From an uncultured Bacteroidales bacterium (GTDB taxonomy: Bacteria > Bacteroidota > Bacteroidia > Bacteroidales > UBA10428): a DNA stretch of 64,000 bases. The stretch lies in the NCBI GenBank assembly GCA_963705125.1, contig CAVPIY010000011.1, positions 350,953 through 414,952 of the forward strand, in the 5' to 3' direction. Every line of letters starts with the position of its first letter. The first letter of the stretch is position 1. The notes beneath the pieces are model-generated. The model saw only the letters and a program-made list of their open reading frames with translations. It was not told the DNA's origin and did no database searches. Positions 29,026 through 38,580 of this stretch are shown piece by piece. A program made the position numbers and the translations under genes.

Positions 29026-32000
29026 ATGCATTATTCCTCCCCCTCCAGACTCCCCTTCCTGCTCCTCCTCACAACCATCACCCTTTCCAACTGCCGCCAC
29101 GAAGATCATCAGAAGGCATCAAACCCTGACGCCTTGTTCCGCATGATCCCACCCGAACAAAGTGGGATTCTATTCGCCAATACACTACAGGAAACAGACA
29201 GCTTCAATACCATATTCTACGAGTATTATTATAACGGATCAGGACTGGCCATCGGGGATGTGAACAATGACGGCTTCAGTGACATTTTTTTCGGGGCCAA
29301 CATGTCACAAAGCAAACTGTACCTGAATAAGGGCGGTCTGTCATTCGTGGATATCACGGAAAAATCCGGCATCAATACGTCAGGTAAATGGATCACCGGA
29401 GTCAGTTTTGTTGATCTGAACCAGGATGGATGGCTGGATATATATCTATGTGCGGGCGGGAATATTCACCAGGATTACCATAACCTTTTATATATCAGCA
29501 ACGGGAATAAGGAACAATTGACCTTTACCGAATGTGCGGCCCTGGTGGGACTTGATGATGACCGATATTCGACACAGGCAGAATTCTTTGATTATGACCG
29601 GGATGGTGACCTGGATGTGTATATCGTCACGTCAGCCATGAGCTTGCCCAATAAAAATGCTTTGCGCCTTCGAAAAAATGATGGGTCGATCATCAATACC
29701 GACCAGTTATACCGAAATGAAGGAACTGACCCGGAAAGCAAATTGCCTCATTTCCGGAATGTGTCGCGCGAGGCCTGCATTAACTGGGACGGATTCGGTC
29801 TTGGAAGTTGCGTTTGTGACATCAACCGGGATGGGTGGCCCGATATATATGTGTGCAACGATTATATTACCAATGACCTGTTGTACATTAATCAGCATGA
29901 CGGCACATTCAAAGAAATGATTAAAAACTACCTTAAACATATCAGCTACAGTACAATGGGTATGGATATAGCCGATTTCAATAACGATGGACTCATCGAT
30001 ATTTTTACGTTGGATATGCAGCCCGAGGATTATTACCGCAAAAGGATCATGGCCATGAATATGCGCAATTACGAAAGGTATTCGAAAGAACTGGATCTGG
30101 GTTACTCACCACAATACGTCCGTAACATGCTTCAGCTAAATAATGGAGAAATAGCCGGTGAATATTCCTTCAGCGAAATAGGTCAGCTGGCCGGTGTTTT
30201 TGAAACTGACTGGAGCTGGGCCCCGCTGTTCGCAGATTTTGATAATGACGGATACAAGGATCTATTCATTGGGAATGGCATACCGATTGACATGACCAAT
30301 ATGGACATTTCCGCACTACGACAAACGAAGCTAAAACAGAATCCTGAGATTGAATTCGGTGTACTGTATGAATTATTAATGAATTCTCTGGATAAGCAAG
30401 GAAATGTAAAAAAGCCAAATGTCATCTTTCGCAATTCGGGCGGACTGATATTTGAGAATAGAACTTCAGCCTGGGGTTTGGACCAGCCTTTGTACTCCAC
30501 CGGATCTGCCTTTTCAGACCTGGATAACGATGGTGACCTCGACCTGGTGCTGAACAATTTATACGATCCGGCCTCAATATATGAAAACACGGTAATCTCC
30601 AGGGATTCGGCAAGAAAAAACAGTCATTTTCTCTCTATTCAACTCCTTGGTTCGAAAACAAACAATGGGGGCATCGGCACAAAAATCAGTATTTACTGCA
30701 AGGGCAAGCTTCAGTATTACGAACATTTTCCCATCCGGGGATTTCAATCCATGGTCGATCCGCGGATCCATTTCGGACTCGGGGCAGATACACTGGTTGA
30801 TTCTTTGAAAATAAGCTGGCCTGATGGGAAAGAGCAAAAGATGGGCAAGCTGCATGTGGATCAGTTTTTATCCCTGAATTATTCAGATGCCTCATCTACA
30901 GTGAAGCCCGGAATTATTCAGCAAAAAAGTACTACAGCCTTCACAAACATCACCGGCACTAACAAATTGGAATACAGGCATCGTGAACAGCAGTTTATCG
31001 ATTTTGATATACAGCCCCTTATCCCGCATCAATTTTCAAGGGAAGGACCGGGCCTTACCGTGGGGGATATTAATTCCGATGGACTGGAGGATGTTTATAT
31101 AGGTGGATCAACCGGATACCCGGGCAGAATATTTATTCAGGAAAGGGCTGGCAATTTCATAACCTACGTCTTGCCTGGTAAGAGTGATTTTGAAGATATG
31201 GGTGTATTGTTATTTGATGCCGATACCGATGGCGATCAGGATCTTTACCTGGCCAGCGGCGGAACTGGTTTAACTCCCGATAATCCGATGTATGCCGACC
31301 GGCTATTTATTAATACCGGACAGGGTAAATTTGTAAGCAGTCAGAATGCCTTGCCCGATATCCGGGTATGCAATTCACAGGTTACAGCAGCTGATTTTGA
31401 CAGGGACGGAGACCTGGATCTTTTTGTATGTGGCCGTGTTGATTTTGAGAAGTACCCCTTACCTCCGCGAAGTTATTTGTTGCGCAATGACAGCCAGGGT
31501 TCCGCTGTTCAATTTACAGATGTTACCAGTCAGGTCTGCAGGGACCTGGAACGGCCGGGGCTGGTTGCCGCGGCCCTGTGGACCGACTTTTACCAGGATG
31601 GCTGGCCCGACCTGATCCTGGCCGGTGAGTGGATGCCACTTACCTTCTTCCGGAACAACCAGGGTAAGCTCACCAATGTTACCGCATCAACCGGACTGGA
31701 AAATTATACCGGCTGGTGGAACAGCCTCACCGCTGCAGACTTCGATAAGGACGGCGATATAGATTATGCCGCCGGGAACTTCGGGTTGAATACCCATTAC
31801 AAAGTCTCCCAGGAACAGCCCATGCGGATCACCGCCCTGGATTTCGACAGGAACGGGACGCTCGATCCGGTTTGCAGCTATTATGTGCAGGGGAAAAGCT
31901 ATCCCATTTATCACCGGAATTTGCTGCTGGAGCAGATCCCCTCCCTGAAGAACAGATTCAAAACCTATGAGGCTTATGCCCGGGCCGCCCTGGAGGACAT

Positions 32001-32628
32001 CTTCCCTGAGAACACGCTGAAGGATGCCTATATCCGCGACAGCCGGTTCTTTGAATCGGCCTGGATCGAAAACCTGGGCAAGGGATCCTTCCGGATGCAT
32101 GCCCTCCCGGTTGAGGCACAGATCGCTCCTGTTTTCGGCATGCTGGCCAATGATTATGATGCGGATGGGAATACTGATCTGTTGCTGACGGGCAATTCCT
32201 ATTCATTCAATGTGTATGACGGACAGCAGGATGCCTTTATTGGCCTGTGGCTGAAAGGGGACGGCAAGGGCGGATTTACTCCGGTCCAGGGGCGGGAAAG
32301 CGGTTTTTTTGTCGACGGGGATGCAAAAGCACTGGCTGAACTGGTGCTGGGCAATGGCAGTTCTCTGATCCTGGCAGCGCAGAACTCCGGCTACCTGAAG
32401 GTATTTAAAGTTGCCGGATCAAACGCCAAGGTAATCAGGCTCCAAAAGGACGATGTCAGTGCCGAGCTGAGCTATGAAAACGGCCGGAAGGAATACCGGG
32501 AGTTCTACTACGGCAGCGGCTATTTGTCCCAGTCATCACGGGTGATCAAAGTACCCAAAGAGGTAACATCAGTGAATATAGTTAATTACAAAGGAGAAAC
32601 CAGAAAAATTACCGTTCATAATCAATGA
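29026..32628 (+). CDS. VCBS/FG-GAP repeat plus ASPIC/UnbV-type lipoprotein (CRTAC1-like), paralogue 1
   Basis: Lipoprotein signal (TLSNC). Reiterated GDVNNDG/DFDNDG/DLDNDGD calcium-binding FG-GAP motifs. Central HFLSIQL...GIGTKISIY module. Confidence 0.8.
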   Translation: MHYSSPSRLPFLLLLTTITLSNCRHEDHQKASNPDALFRMIPPEQSGILFANTLQETDSFNTIFYEYYYNGSGLAIGDVNNDGFSDIFFGANMSQSKLYLNKGGLSFVDITEKSGINTSGKWITGVSFVDLNQDGWLDIYLCAGGNIHQDYHNLLYISNGNKEQLTFTECAALVGLDDDRYSTQAEFFDYDRDGDLDVYIVTSAMSLPNKNALRLRKNDGSIINTDQLYRNEGTDPESKLPHFRNVSREACINWDGFGLGSCVCDINRDGWPDIYVCNDYITNDLLYINQHDGTFKEMIKNYLKHISYSTMGMDIADFNNDGLIDIFTLDMQPEDYYRKRIMAMNMRNYERYSKELDLGYSPQYVRNMLQLNNGEIAGEYSFSEIGQLAGVFETDWSWAPLFADFDNDGYKDLFIGNGIPIDMTNMDISALRQTKLKQNPEIEFGVLYELLMNSLDKQGNVKKPNVIFRNSGGLIFENRTSAWGLDQPLYSTGSAFSDLDNDGDLDLVLNNLYDPASIYENTVISRDSARKNSHFLSIQLLGSKTNNGGIGTKISIYCKGKLQYYEHFPIRGFQSMVDPRIHFGLGADTLVDSLKISWPDGKEQKMGKLHVDQFLSLNYSDASSTVKPGIIQQKSTTAFTNITGTNKLEYRHREQQFIDFDIQPLIPHQFSREGPGLTVGDINSDGLEDVYIGGSTGYPGRIFIQERAGNFITYVLPGKSDFEDMGVLLFDADTDGDQDLYLASGGTGLTPDNPMYADRLFINTGQGKFVSSQNALPDIRVCNSQVTAADFDRDGDLDLFVCGRVDFEKYPLPPRSYLLRNDSQGSAVQFTDVTSQVCRDLERPGLVAAALWTDFYQDGWPDLILAGEWMPLTFFRNNQGKLTNVTASTGLENYTGWWNSLTAADFDKDGDIDYAAGNFGLNTHYKVSQEQPMRITALDFDRNGTLDPVCSYYVQGKSYPIYHRNLLLEQIPSLKNRFKTYEAYARAALEDIFPENTLKDAYIRDSRFFESAWIENLGKGSFRMHALPVEAQIAPVFGMLANDYDADGNTDLLLTGNSYSFNVYDGQQDAFIGLWLKGDGKGGFTPVQGRESGFFVDGDAKALAELVLGNGSSLILAAQNSGYLKVFKVAGSNAKVIRLQKDDVSAELSYENGRKEYREFYYGSGYLSQSSRVIKVPKEVTSVNIVNYKGETRKITVHNQ

Positions 32629-32657
32629 AACAGGAGTTAGATCCAAAAAGTCCATCC

Positions 32658-32961
32658 GTCACGGCGAGGGAGCGAAGCGACCGAAGCGTCATTGCGAGCG
32701 CAGCGAAGCGAGTCAACGTCATTGCGAGGGAGCGAAGCGACCGAAGCGTCATTGCGAGCGCAGCGAAGCGAGTCAACGTCATTGCGAGGGAGCGAAGCGA
32801 CCGAAGCAATCTGCATCTGGTTGGCAGATTGCTTCGTCGTGTTGTGCGTCATTGCGAGGGAGCGAAGCGACCGAAGCAATCTGCATCTGGTTGGCAGATT
32901 GCTTCGTCGGCATGTAATATTATATTAAAAAAAGTCATTCTGCTCGCCTCCTCGCAATGAC
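32658..32961 (+). repeat. Family-1 repeat array (alternating 30-bp variants, then two hairpin elements)
   Basis: Cores at 32658 (degenerate), 32688, 32718, 32748, 32778 and 32848. Closes with CCTCCTCGCAATGAC at 32961. Confidence 0.9.
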
Positions 32962-32971
32962 GATTCCCTTC

Positions 32972-33488
32972 GTCATTGCGAGGAGACATGATACTGGTCT
33001 CTGCCTTGCAAAATGAAATTGTCGACGAAGCAATCTATTTGATTTATACATATTTTTTCGATACATTAGACATATTGAAAAATAGTTAACGGGTATTGTT
33101 ATTTACATGCAAAGAGGTGGTTGTGTTTATATTATGACCAATAATAACAACACAGTTCTTTATACTGGAGTTACAAGCAATCTGAGTAAAAGAGTTTCAG
33201 AACATAAGGAACGATTACATCCTGAATCCTTTACAGCTAAATACAATGTTGTCAAACTTGTTTATTATGAAGGATTTGATCATATCGAAGAAGCTATTGC
33301 ACGGGAAAAGCAGATTAAGGGAGGATCCCGAAAGGATAAGATCCGATTGATAATACAGATGAATCCGGAATGGGAGGATTTATATGACAGAATATGTGGA
33401 TTTTGATGATGTGCAAGGATTCAGATTGCTTCTTCAGCGCAATGCGTTTTGCTAAACTGAATAATACTATTCGCTTCCTCGCAATGAC
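32972..33488 (+). mobile_element. Putative autonomous family-1 unit: nested-palindrome ends enclosing a GIY-YIG gene (copy 1)
   Basis: Left end GTCATTGCGAGGAGAC (32972) with GAAGCAATCT at 33027-33036. Right side CAGATTGCTTC (33422-33432) with CTTCCTCGCAATGAC ending at 33488. Homologous over its whole length to 55763-56277. Confidence 0.45.
33107..33406 (+). CDS. Stand-alone GIY-YIG nuclease-domain protein (COG2827/YhbQ-like), 99 aa
   Basis: GCVYIMTN..VLYTGVTSNLSKRVSEH...YYE...EEAIAREKQIKG matches the GIY-YIG motif order. Confidence 0.8.
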   Translation: MQRGGCVYIMTNNNNTVLYTGVTSNLSKRVSEHKERLHPESFTAKYNVVKLVYYEGFDHIEEAIAREKQIKGGSRKDKIRLIIQMNPEWEDLYDRICGF

Positions 33489-33856
33489 GCCTGATTTGCT
33501 CGCCTCCTCGCAATGAAGTATCATTAAATCATCATACCTGCCCGGCCTGCAGGAAGGTCATTAAATAAACAAATGCCGAATTATGAATATTAGTATTAGA
33601 AATTTAAATATTAGTATTATATCCGAATAATCCTTTTCAGTATGTTTAATTACGATTTTATTCTGATTTTTATCATGTAATTTAAAAATATTTAAATCTG
33701 ATTTACATTCTTTTATACTTAAATTTTTCGCGGATAATAATAGTATGATTTACTATTCTGGTTATGTTATAATTTATCCGGAATAAAAATATTGTTGTTA
33801 GACTTTTTTTTAATTATTTTTAGTGGAGTTTTCTTAACCCTAAACCTTGAAAACAA

Positions 33857-36800
33857 ATGATTATGAAACAAAGACTGCAAAAAAAGGGTAAAACAATCCT
33901 GTTTGTTTTACTGAGTATTCTGTTCCTTGATGTCAGTCTGTTTGCAGGCATTTCTTCCCTTCCTCCGGAAGAATCCGCTGCAAAGGCTGTCACCATCAAC
34001 GGCCGGATTGTCGATACGGATGGCGTTCCCCTGGCTGGCGCTACCATTCAGGTCAAGGGAACTACTTCAGGAACCGTAACGGATGCCGAAGGTTACTTCA
34101 GGCTGTCGGTTCCGGAAGGTGCTACCCTGGTTATTTCCTTTGTCGGTTACATCACCCAGGAAGTGGCGGTGGGTAATCTTACTGAGATCAATGTGACAAT
34201 GGATGCTGAAGTGTCCGAGCTGGGCGAGGTGGTTGTTGTGGGGTATGGTACGGTAAAGAAAAGCGACCTTACGGGATCCATAAGTTCCATTAAACCCTCC
34301 GAGATCACATCATTGCCGACACAGCGTGTGGACCAGGCCCTGCAGGGACGCAGCTCGGGTGTGTTTGTCATGAACACCGACGGTTCACCGGGTGGTAATA
34401 CCATCATCCGCATCCGGGGTCTGAACTCCATCCAGGGGGGAAATGAGCCTCTGGTTGTTGTGGACGGCCTCCAGGGTGCTGACATCGACCAGATCAACCC
34501 GAACGATATCTCGTCCATGGAAATCCTGAAGGACGCCTCGGCCACCGCCATTTATGGATCACGCGGAGCCAACGGGGTAATCCTGATCACCACCAAACTG
34601 GGAAGGGAAGGGAAACCCGTTATCGATGCCGGTTACAGCATCGGTATTCAGAATCTTGCCCGCAAACTGCCCACGATGACAGCTGCCGAGTTTGCCGATT
34701 ATAATAATTACCAAAACCAGTTTAACAATGCCAACGGCGCAATACCAAAAAAATATTTTACGGATGAAGATATTGCCCGGTATGAGCGGGAAGGCGGCAC
34801 CGACTGGCAGGATGAGGTATACGGCACCGGTGTGATGCAAAATGCCAACCTGGCCATCAGCGGGGCCACCAACAGGCTCAAATACATGGTTTCATCCAGC
34901 TACCTCGATCACGAAGGTATCATGCTAAACTCCAAGTATACCAGGATATCCATGCGGGCTAATCTGGCAGCTGATATCACAGACTGGGTTGACTTCGGTT
35001 TGAATTATTCATACACCCGGGAAACATACAAATCACCCCCTTTCAGCGAGGGAGATGCCCTGTTCCAGGTGGTGAACAATGCCGTAAGGTGGGCACCCAC
35101 GGAACCGGTATATGATGAGAACGGCAATTACTGGAGACACACCCCGGGATATGCAGCCTATGATACCTGGAACCCGGTTGCCACGGCATGGGAAACAAAG
35201 ATTGACAACCCGGTCTACACGAACAATGCCAACCTGTTCCTGAATTTTAAGATCATGAAGGGTTTGACGTTCAAGGTTATGGGTGGAGGAACTTTTAATA
35301 ATTACTATAACAGCAACTACCAGAACACCAAAACCCGGAACGGCTACGCCATGAACGGCGTTGGATATATTGAAGAAAACGTCAGCAACCGGTTCCAGAA
35401 TACCAACATCCTGACCTACGATAATACTTTCGGGGCTCATCACCTTACCGTTACCTGGGTTCTTGAGAACATATTCAGTAATTCAAAGGGAAGCCGGATG
35501 GATGGTCAGGATTTTCTGGTCGACGAGCTGAATTTCAACAACATGGACGGGGCCAAATCCGTTTCTGTTGACTCTTACACCAGTGAAAGGGCCCTGATAT
35601 CTTTTATGGGGCGCATCAATTATGGATTCAAGGACAGGTACCTGGCCACATTCAGTTACAGGGCGGATGGATCCTCTGTATTCGGAGCGGATAACAAGTG
35701 GGGTTATTTCCCGTCAGGCTCTTTGGCCTGGAGAATTTCCGAGGAGGAGTTCCTGAAAAACTCGGGCCTGATCAATGATTTAAAACTGAGGGTAAGTTAT
35801 GGTATCACCGGTAACCAGGGCATCAGTCCCTATGGTTCACTGGCACGGCTCGGTTCAGGAAGCTGGTTGAGATACCCATACATCAACGGACAAAATCTGG
35901 ATATCGGTTTTGGTATATCCGATATTGCCAATCCGGGACTGAAGTGGGAAACCACCACACAATCCGACATTGGTGTAGATTTCTCCCTTTTCAAGGGCAG
36001 ACTTACTTCCACCATTGATGTATATAAAAAAGTCACGGATGACTTGCTGATGTCGAGGCAGTTGCCCGGTTACGTGGGCGTTGAATCGGTTCTCGACAAT
36101 ATCGGTTCAATTGAGAACAAGGGTCTGGAGATCATGATAGGCGGAGATCCGCTGACAGGCAAACTGAAGTGGAATACGTCCATGAACTTTACCATGAACC
36201 GGAACAAGGTACTCGACCTCGGGCCGGGTGTGGACCGTCTCGGATATCAGCCCACCTCCGGCGGTTACGGCCTGTTAAATGATTATATGTTCCTCGAAGT
36301 GGGTCAGCCCTTTGGTCTCATAAAGGGATGGAGATGGGACGGACTATGGGGGGCTGACGAGGAGGCAGAAGCACTCACCTATGGCCAGCTTCCCGGATGG
36401 GACAAATTAGCCGACATCAGCGGCCCGGATGATGTACCCGACGGACAGGTGGATTCAGACGACATGGTAAATATAGGCAATGGATATCCGAAATTCACCT
36501 GGGGATGGACAAACCAGTTCAACTACATGGGCTTTGAGCTGGCGTTCCTCTTTATTGGTTCGCAGGGCAACGACCTGTTCAATACCATCCGGATCCGCAG
36601 GCAATCATCATGGGAGGGAGTAGATCCGATACTATTTGATGAATGGACAGAGGAAAACCAGGGTACAAGCATACCAAAGTTGTATTACGGCGCCGACGTT
36701 GAAGCTATGAACCTGGAAAATAAATATTATGTTGAAACCAATAACACATCCAAATGGGTGGAAGATGCTTCCTTTATCCGGTTGAAAACCCTTACCCTGG

Positions 36801-37012
36801 GTTACTATGTTCCCATGAACATCTTGAAGAAGGTCGGCTTTAACAAAGCCAGGGTATATGTAAGCGGAACCAACCTGTTTACCATCACCGATTATACAGG
36901 CTATGATCCTGAGATTGCGGCTTACCCAAGCAATGATGCCACCATCGGGGTAGATCTGAGCGTTTACCCGCCGGCCAAGACCTATACTTTTGGCGTTGAG
37001 TTAACTTTCTGA
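33857..37012 (+). CDS. susC: SusC-type TonB-dependent transporter (paralogue 2, intact)
   Basis: CarboxypepD_reg-like N-terminus (INGRIVDTDGVPLAGATIQVKGT), plug region (IRIRGLNSI), 1051 aa ending TYTFGVELTF. Confidence 0.9.
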   Translation: MIMKQRLQKKGKTILFVLLSILFLDVSLFAGISSLPPEESAAKAVTINGRIVDTDGVPLAGATIQVKGTTSGTVTDAEGYFRLSVPEGATLVISFVGYITQEVAVGNLTEINVTMDAEVSELGEVVVVGYGTVKKSDLTGSISSIKPSEITSLPTQRVDQALQGRSSGVFVMNTDGSPGGNTIIRIRGLNSIQGGNEPLVVVDGLQGADIDQINPNDISSMEILKDASATAIYGSRGANGVILITTKLGREGKPVIDAGYSIGIQNLARKLPTMTAAEFADYNNYQNQFNNANGAIPKKYFTDEDIARYEREGGTDWQDEVYGTGVMQNANLAISGATNRLKYMVSSSYLDHEGIMLNSKYTRISMRANLAADITDWVDFGLNYSYTRETYKSPPFSEGDALFQVVNNAVRWAPTEPVYDENGNYWRHTPGYAAYDTWNPVATAWETKIDNPVYTNNANLFLNFKIMKGLTFKVMGGGTFNNYYNSNYQNTKTRNGYAMNGVGYIEENVSNRFQNTNILTYDNTFGAHHLTVTWVLENIFSNSKGSRMDGQDFLVDELNFNNMDGAKSVSVDSYTSERALISFMGRINYGFKDRYLATFSYRADGSSVFGADNKWGYFPSGSLAWRISEEEFLKNSGLINDLKLRVSYGITGNQGISPYGSLARLGSGSWLRYPYINGQNLDIGFGISDIANPGLKWETTTQSDIGVDFSLFKGRLTSTIDVYKKVTDDLLMSRQLPGYVGVESVLDNIGSIENKGLEIMIGGDPLTGKLKWNTSMNFTMNRNKVLDLGPGVDRLGYQPTSGGYGLLNDYMFLEVGQPFGLIKGWRWDGLWGADEEAEALTYGQLPGWDKLADISGPDDVPDGQVDSDDMVNIGNGYPKFTWGWTNQFNYMGFELAFLFIGSQGNDLFNTIRIRRQSSWEGVDPILFDEWTEENQGTSIPKLYYGADVEAMNLENKYYVETNNTSKWVEDASFIRLKTLTLGYYVPMNILKKVGFNKARVYVSGTNLFTITDYTGYDPEIAAYPSNDATIGVDLSVYPPAKTYTFGVELTF

Positions 37013-37036
37013 TAATAACAATTAAATTATATAACC

Positions 37037-38497
37037 ATGAATAAAAGAATCGCGACAATACTCAATCTGGTAATGCTGTCAGGACTGTTGCTCCTTCTGA
37101 TTACCAGGTGTTCGAAGCTGGATGAGGAGCCCAAGGATTTTGTCGGTCCGGATAATTTCTACAATACAACGTCACAGGTTGAAGCTGCTTTTGTTGCCTC
37201 CATGCAAAGGTTATGGGGTGGCTGGCAGTTCTATGACTGGGCCGGCTATGCCGAATATCCCTACCAGGATGATCAATATTACGGAGGTGATCTGGTTATT
37301 GATGACTATACGGCTAATGGTGTCTGGAGTACTCATTATCAGTCAATTGCAGATCTTAATCCCGCCATCAAAGCCATTGATGAGGGCAGGCTGACCGGTG
37401 TATCGGAGGAAGTGAAAAACCGATTAAAGGCAGAGGCCTTATTCCTCAGGTCGTGGAATTATTTCACACTGGTTCGCTTGTATGGCGACATACCCCTGAT
37501 CCTCGAAACAACTGACCTGGCTAACGATGAGATCACCAGGCTCCCGGTTGCCGATGTATATGCCAAGATCGTTGAGGACCTGATCTTTGCTACACAATAT
37601 CTTCCTCTTACCTGGGATGCCTCAAATGTGGCCCGTCCCACCAGTGATGTCGCCAAGACCTTGCTGGCCAAAGTGTATATCACCATGGCCACTGCGCCCC
37701 TGAATGATGCCAGTAAATATGCCAGTGCCCGGGATATGGCCAAGCAGGTTATGGATGGCGGCAGGTACTCGCTCGTAACCCCGGTTGAGGATGTATTCAA
37801 GATGGAAAACGAATTTGGTCCTGAATTTATGTGGAGTTTCCATAACTCGGAGGAAGAGTATGTGATAGAACCGCAGATATGGCTTCCGGGTGAGATGGCT
37901 GGCGGCTGGGGTGACCTGACTGCTGAAAAGATCTGGGGAGAAGCTTATCCTGATGAGCCCCGCAGAGATGCCTATCTTCTGCTTTACGATCCCTGGTTTG
38001 GCACCGGCACAACCTACATTGACTGGTATAAATCAGCTCCATACATCAGGAAATTCCTGTATGATACCCCGGAAAATATGGAAAAGAATGTTTCCTATCA
38101 GGCATTTCCGATATTCAGGTATGCTGATGTCCTGTTGCTTTTTGCCGAAGCGGAGAATATGGTCAACGGTCCCACACAGGCCGCCTGCGATGCTGTGAAC
38201 CAGATCGTGGACCGGGCTACCGGTGGTGTGGATAACCCGGCAGATCCCCGTTTCACTACATCCATGACAAAAGCGGATTTTGATGCGGCTGTCATTCAAC
38301 AGAGAAGCCTGGAACTTTGCTTCGAATATGACCGGTGGTTTGACATCTGCCGGAAGCGGATCCTGGACAAGGTGACCGATCCGGATTATGTACAGAATTT
38401 CACTCCGGATGATTACCTGTTAGCCATCCCGCAGCGGGATCTGATGCTTAATCCGCTCTTAACCCAGAACCCGGGTTATACAACTCCGGCACAATAA
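37037..38497 (+). CDS. susD: SusD/RagB-family outer-membrane lipoprotein (paralogue 2)
   Basis: Lipoprotein signal (LLITRC). SLELCFEYDRWFDICR block. Lies directly after SusC-2. Confidence 0.85.
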   Translation: MNKRIATILNLVMLSGLLLLLITRCSKLDEEPKDFVGPDNFYNTTSQVEAAFVASMQRLWGGWQFYDWAGYAEYPYQDDQYYGGDLVIDDYTANGVWSTHYQSIADLNPAIKAIDEGRLTGVSEEVKNRLKAEALFLRSWNYFTLVRLYGDIPLILETTDLANDEITRLPVADVYAKIVEDLIFATQYLPLTWDASNVARPTSDVAKTLLAKVYITMATAPLNDASKYASARDMAKQVMDGGRYSLVTPVEDVFKMENEFGPEFMWSFHNSEEEYVIEPQIWLPGEMAGGWGDLTAEKIWGEAYPDEPRRDAYLLLYDPWFGTGTTYIDWYKSAPYIRKFLYDTPENMEKNVSYQAFPIFRYADVLLLFAEAENMVNGPTQAACDAVNQIVDRATGGVDNPADPRFTTSMTKADFDAAVIQQRSLELCFEYDRWFDICRKRILDKVTDPDYVQNFTPDDYLLAIPQRDLMLNPLLTQNPGYTTPAQ

Positions 38498-38522
38498 GAT
38501 TGTTTATTCTTACTTTTACCAG

Positions 38523-38558
38523 AAAAAGCCACCGGACTTAAACCGGTGGCTTTTTTTT
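38523..38558. terminator. Bidirectional rho-independent terminator after SusD-2
   Basis: AAAAA-GCCACCGG-acttaaa-CCGGTGGC-TTTTTTTT. Confidence 0.75.
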
Positions 38559-38580
38559 AATGAATAGTTAATTCCATTTA

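Noticed and set aside
31687-32100. Antisense ORF conserved with 45269-45724 (MHPEGSLAQVFDPGRFKEPAVADIGILQ...).
   Set aside because: The conservation is explained by the gene-conversion tract between the sense-strand VCBS paralogues. It has no independent start or signal features and is embedded opposite a long supported CDS.
32609-32960. ORFs 32609-32809(-), 32625-32960(+), 32637-32879(-) and 32692-32928(+).
   Set aside because: All lie wholly within the family-1 array and are open in several frames on both strands only because of low-complexity repetition (VIARERSDRS / SLRSLAMT).
33315-33524. Minus-strand ORFs overlapping the 3' ends of the GIY-YIG units (33315-33524 and 56084-56302).
   Set aside because: They run antisense through the GIY-YIG C-terminus and right-arm repeats and contain repeat-derived peptide (HCEEA...). 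No family was recognised.
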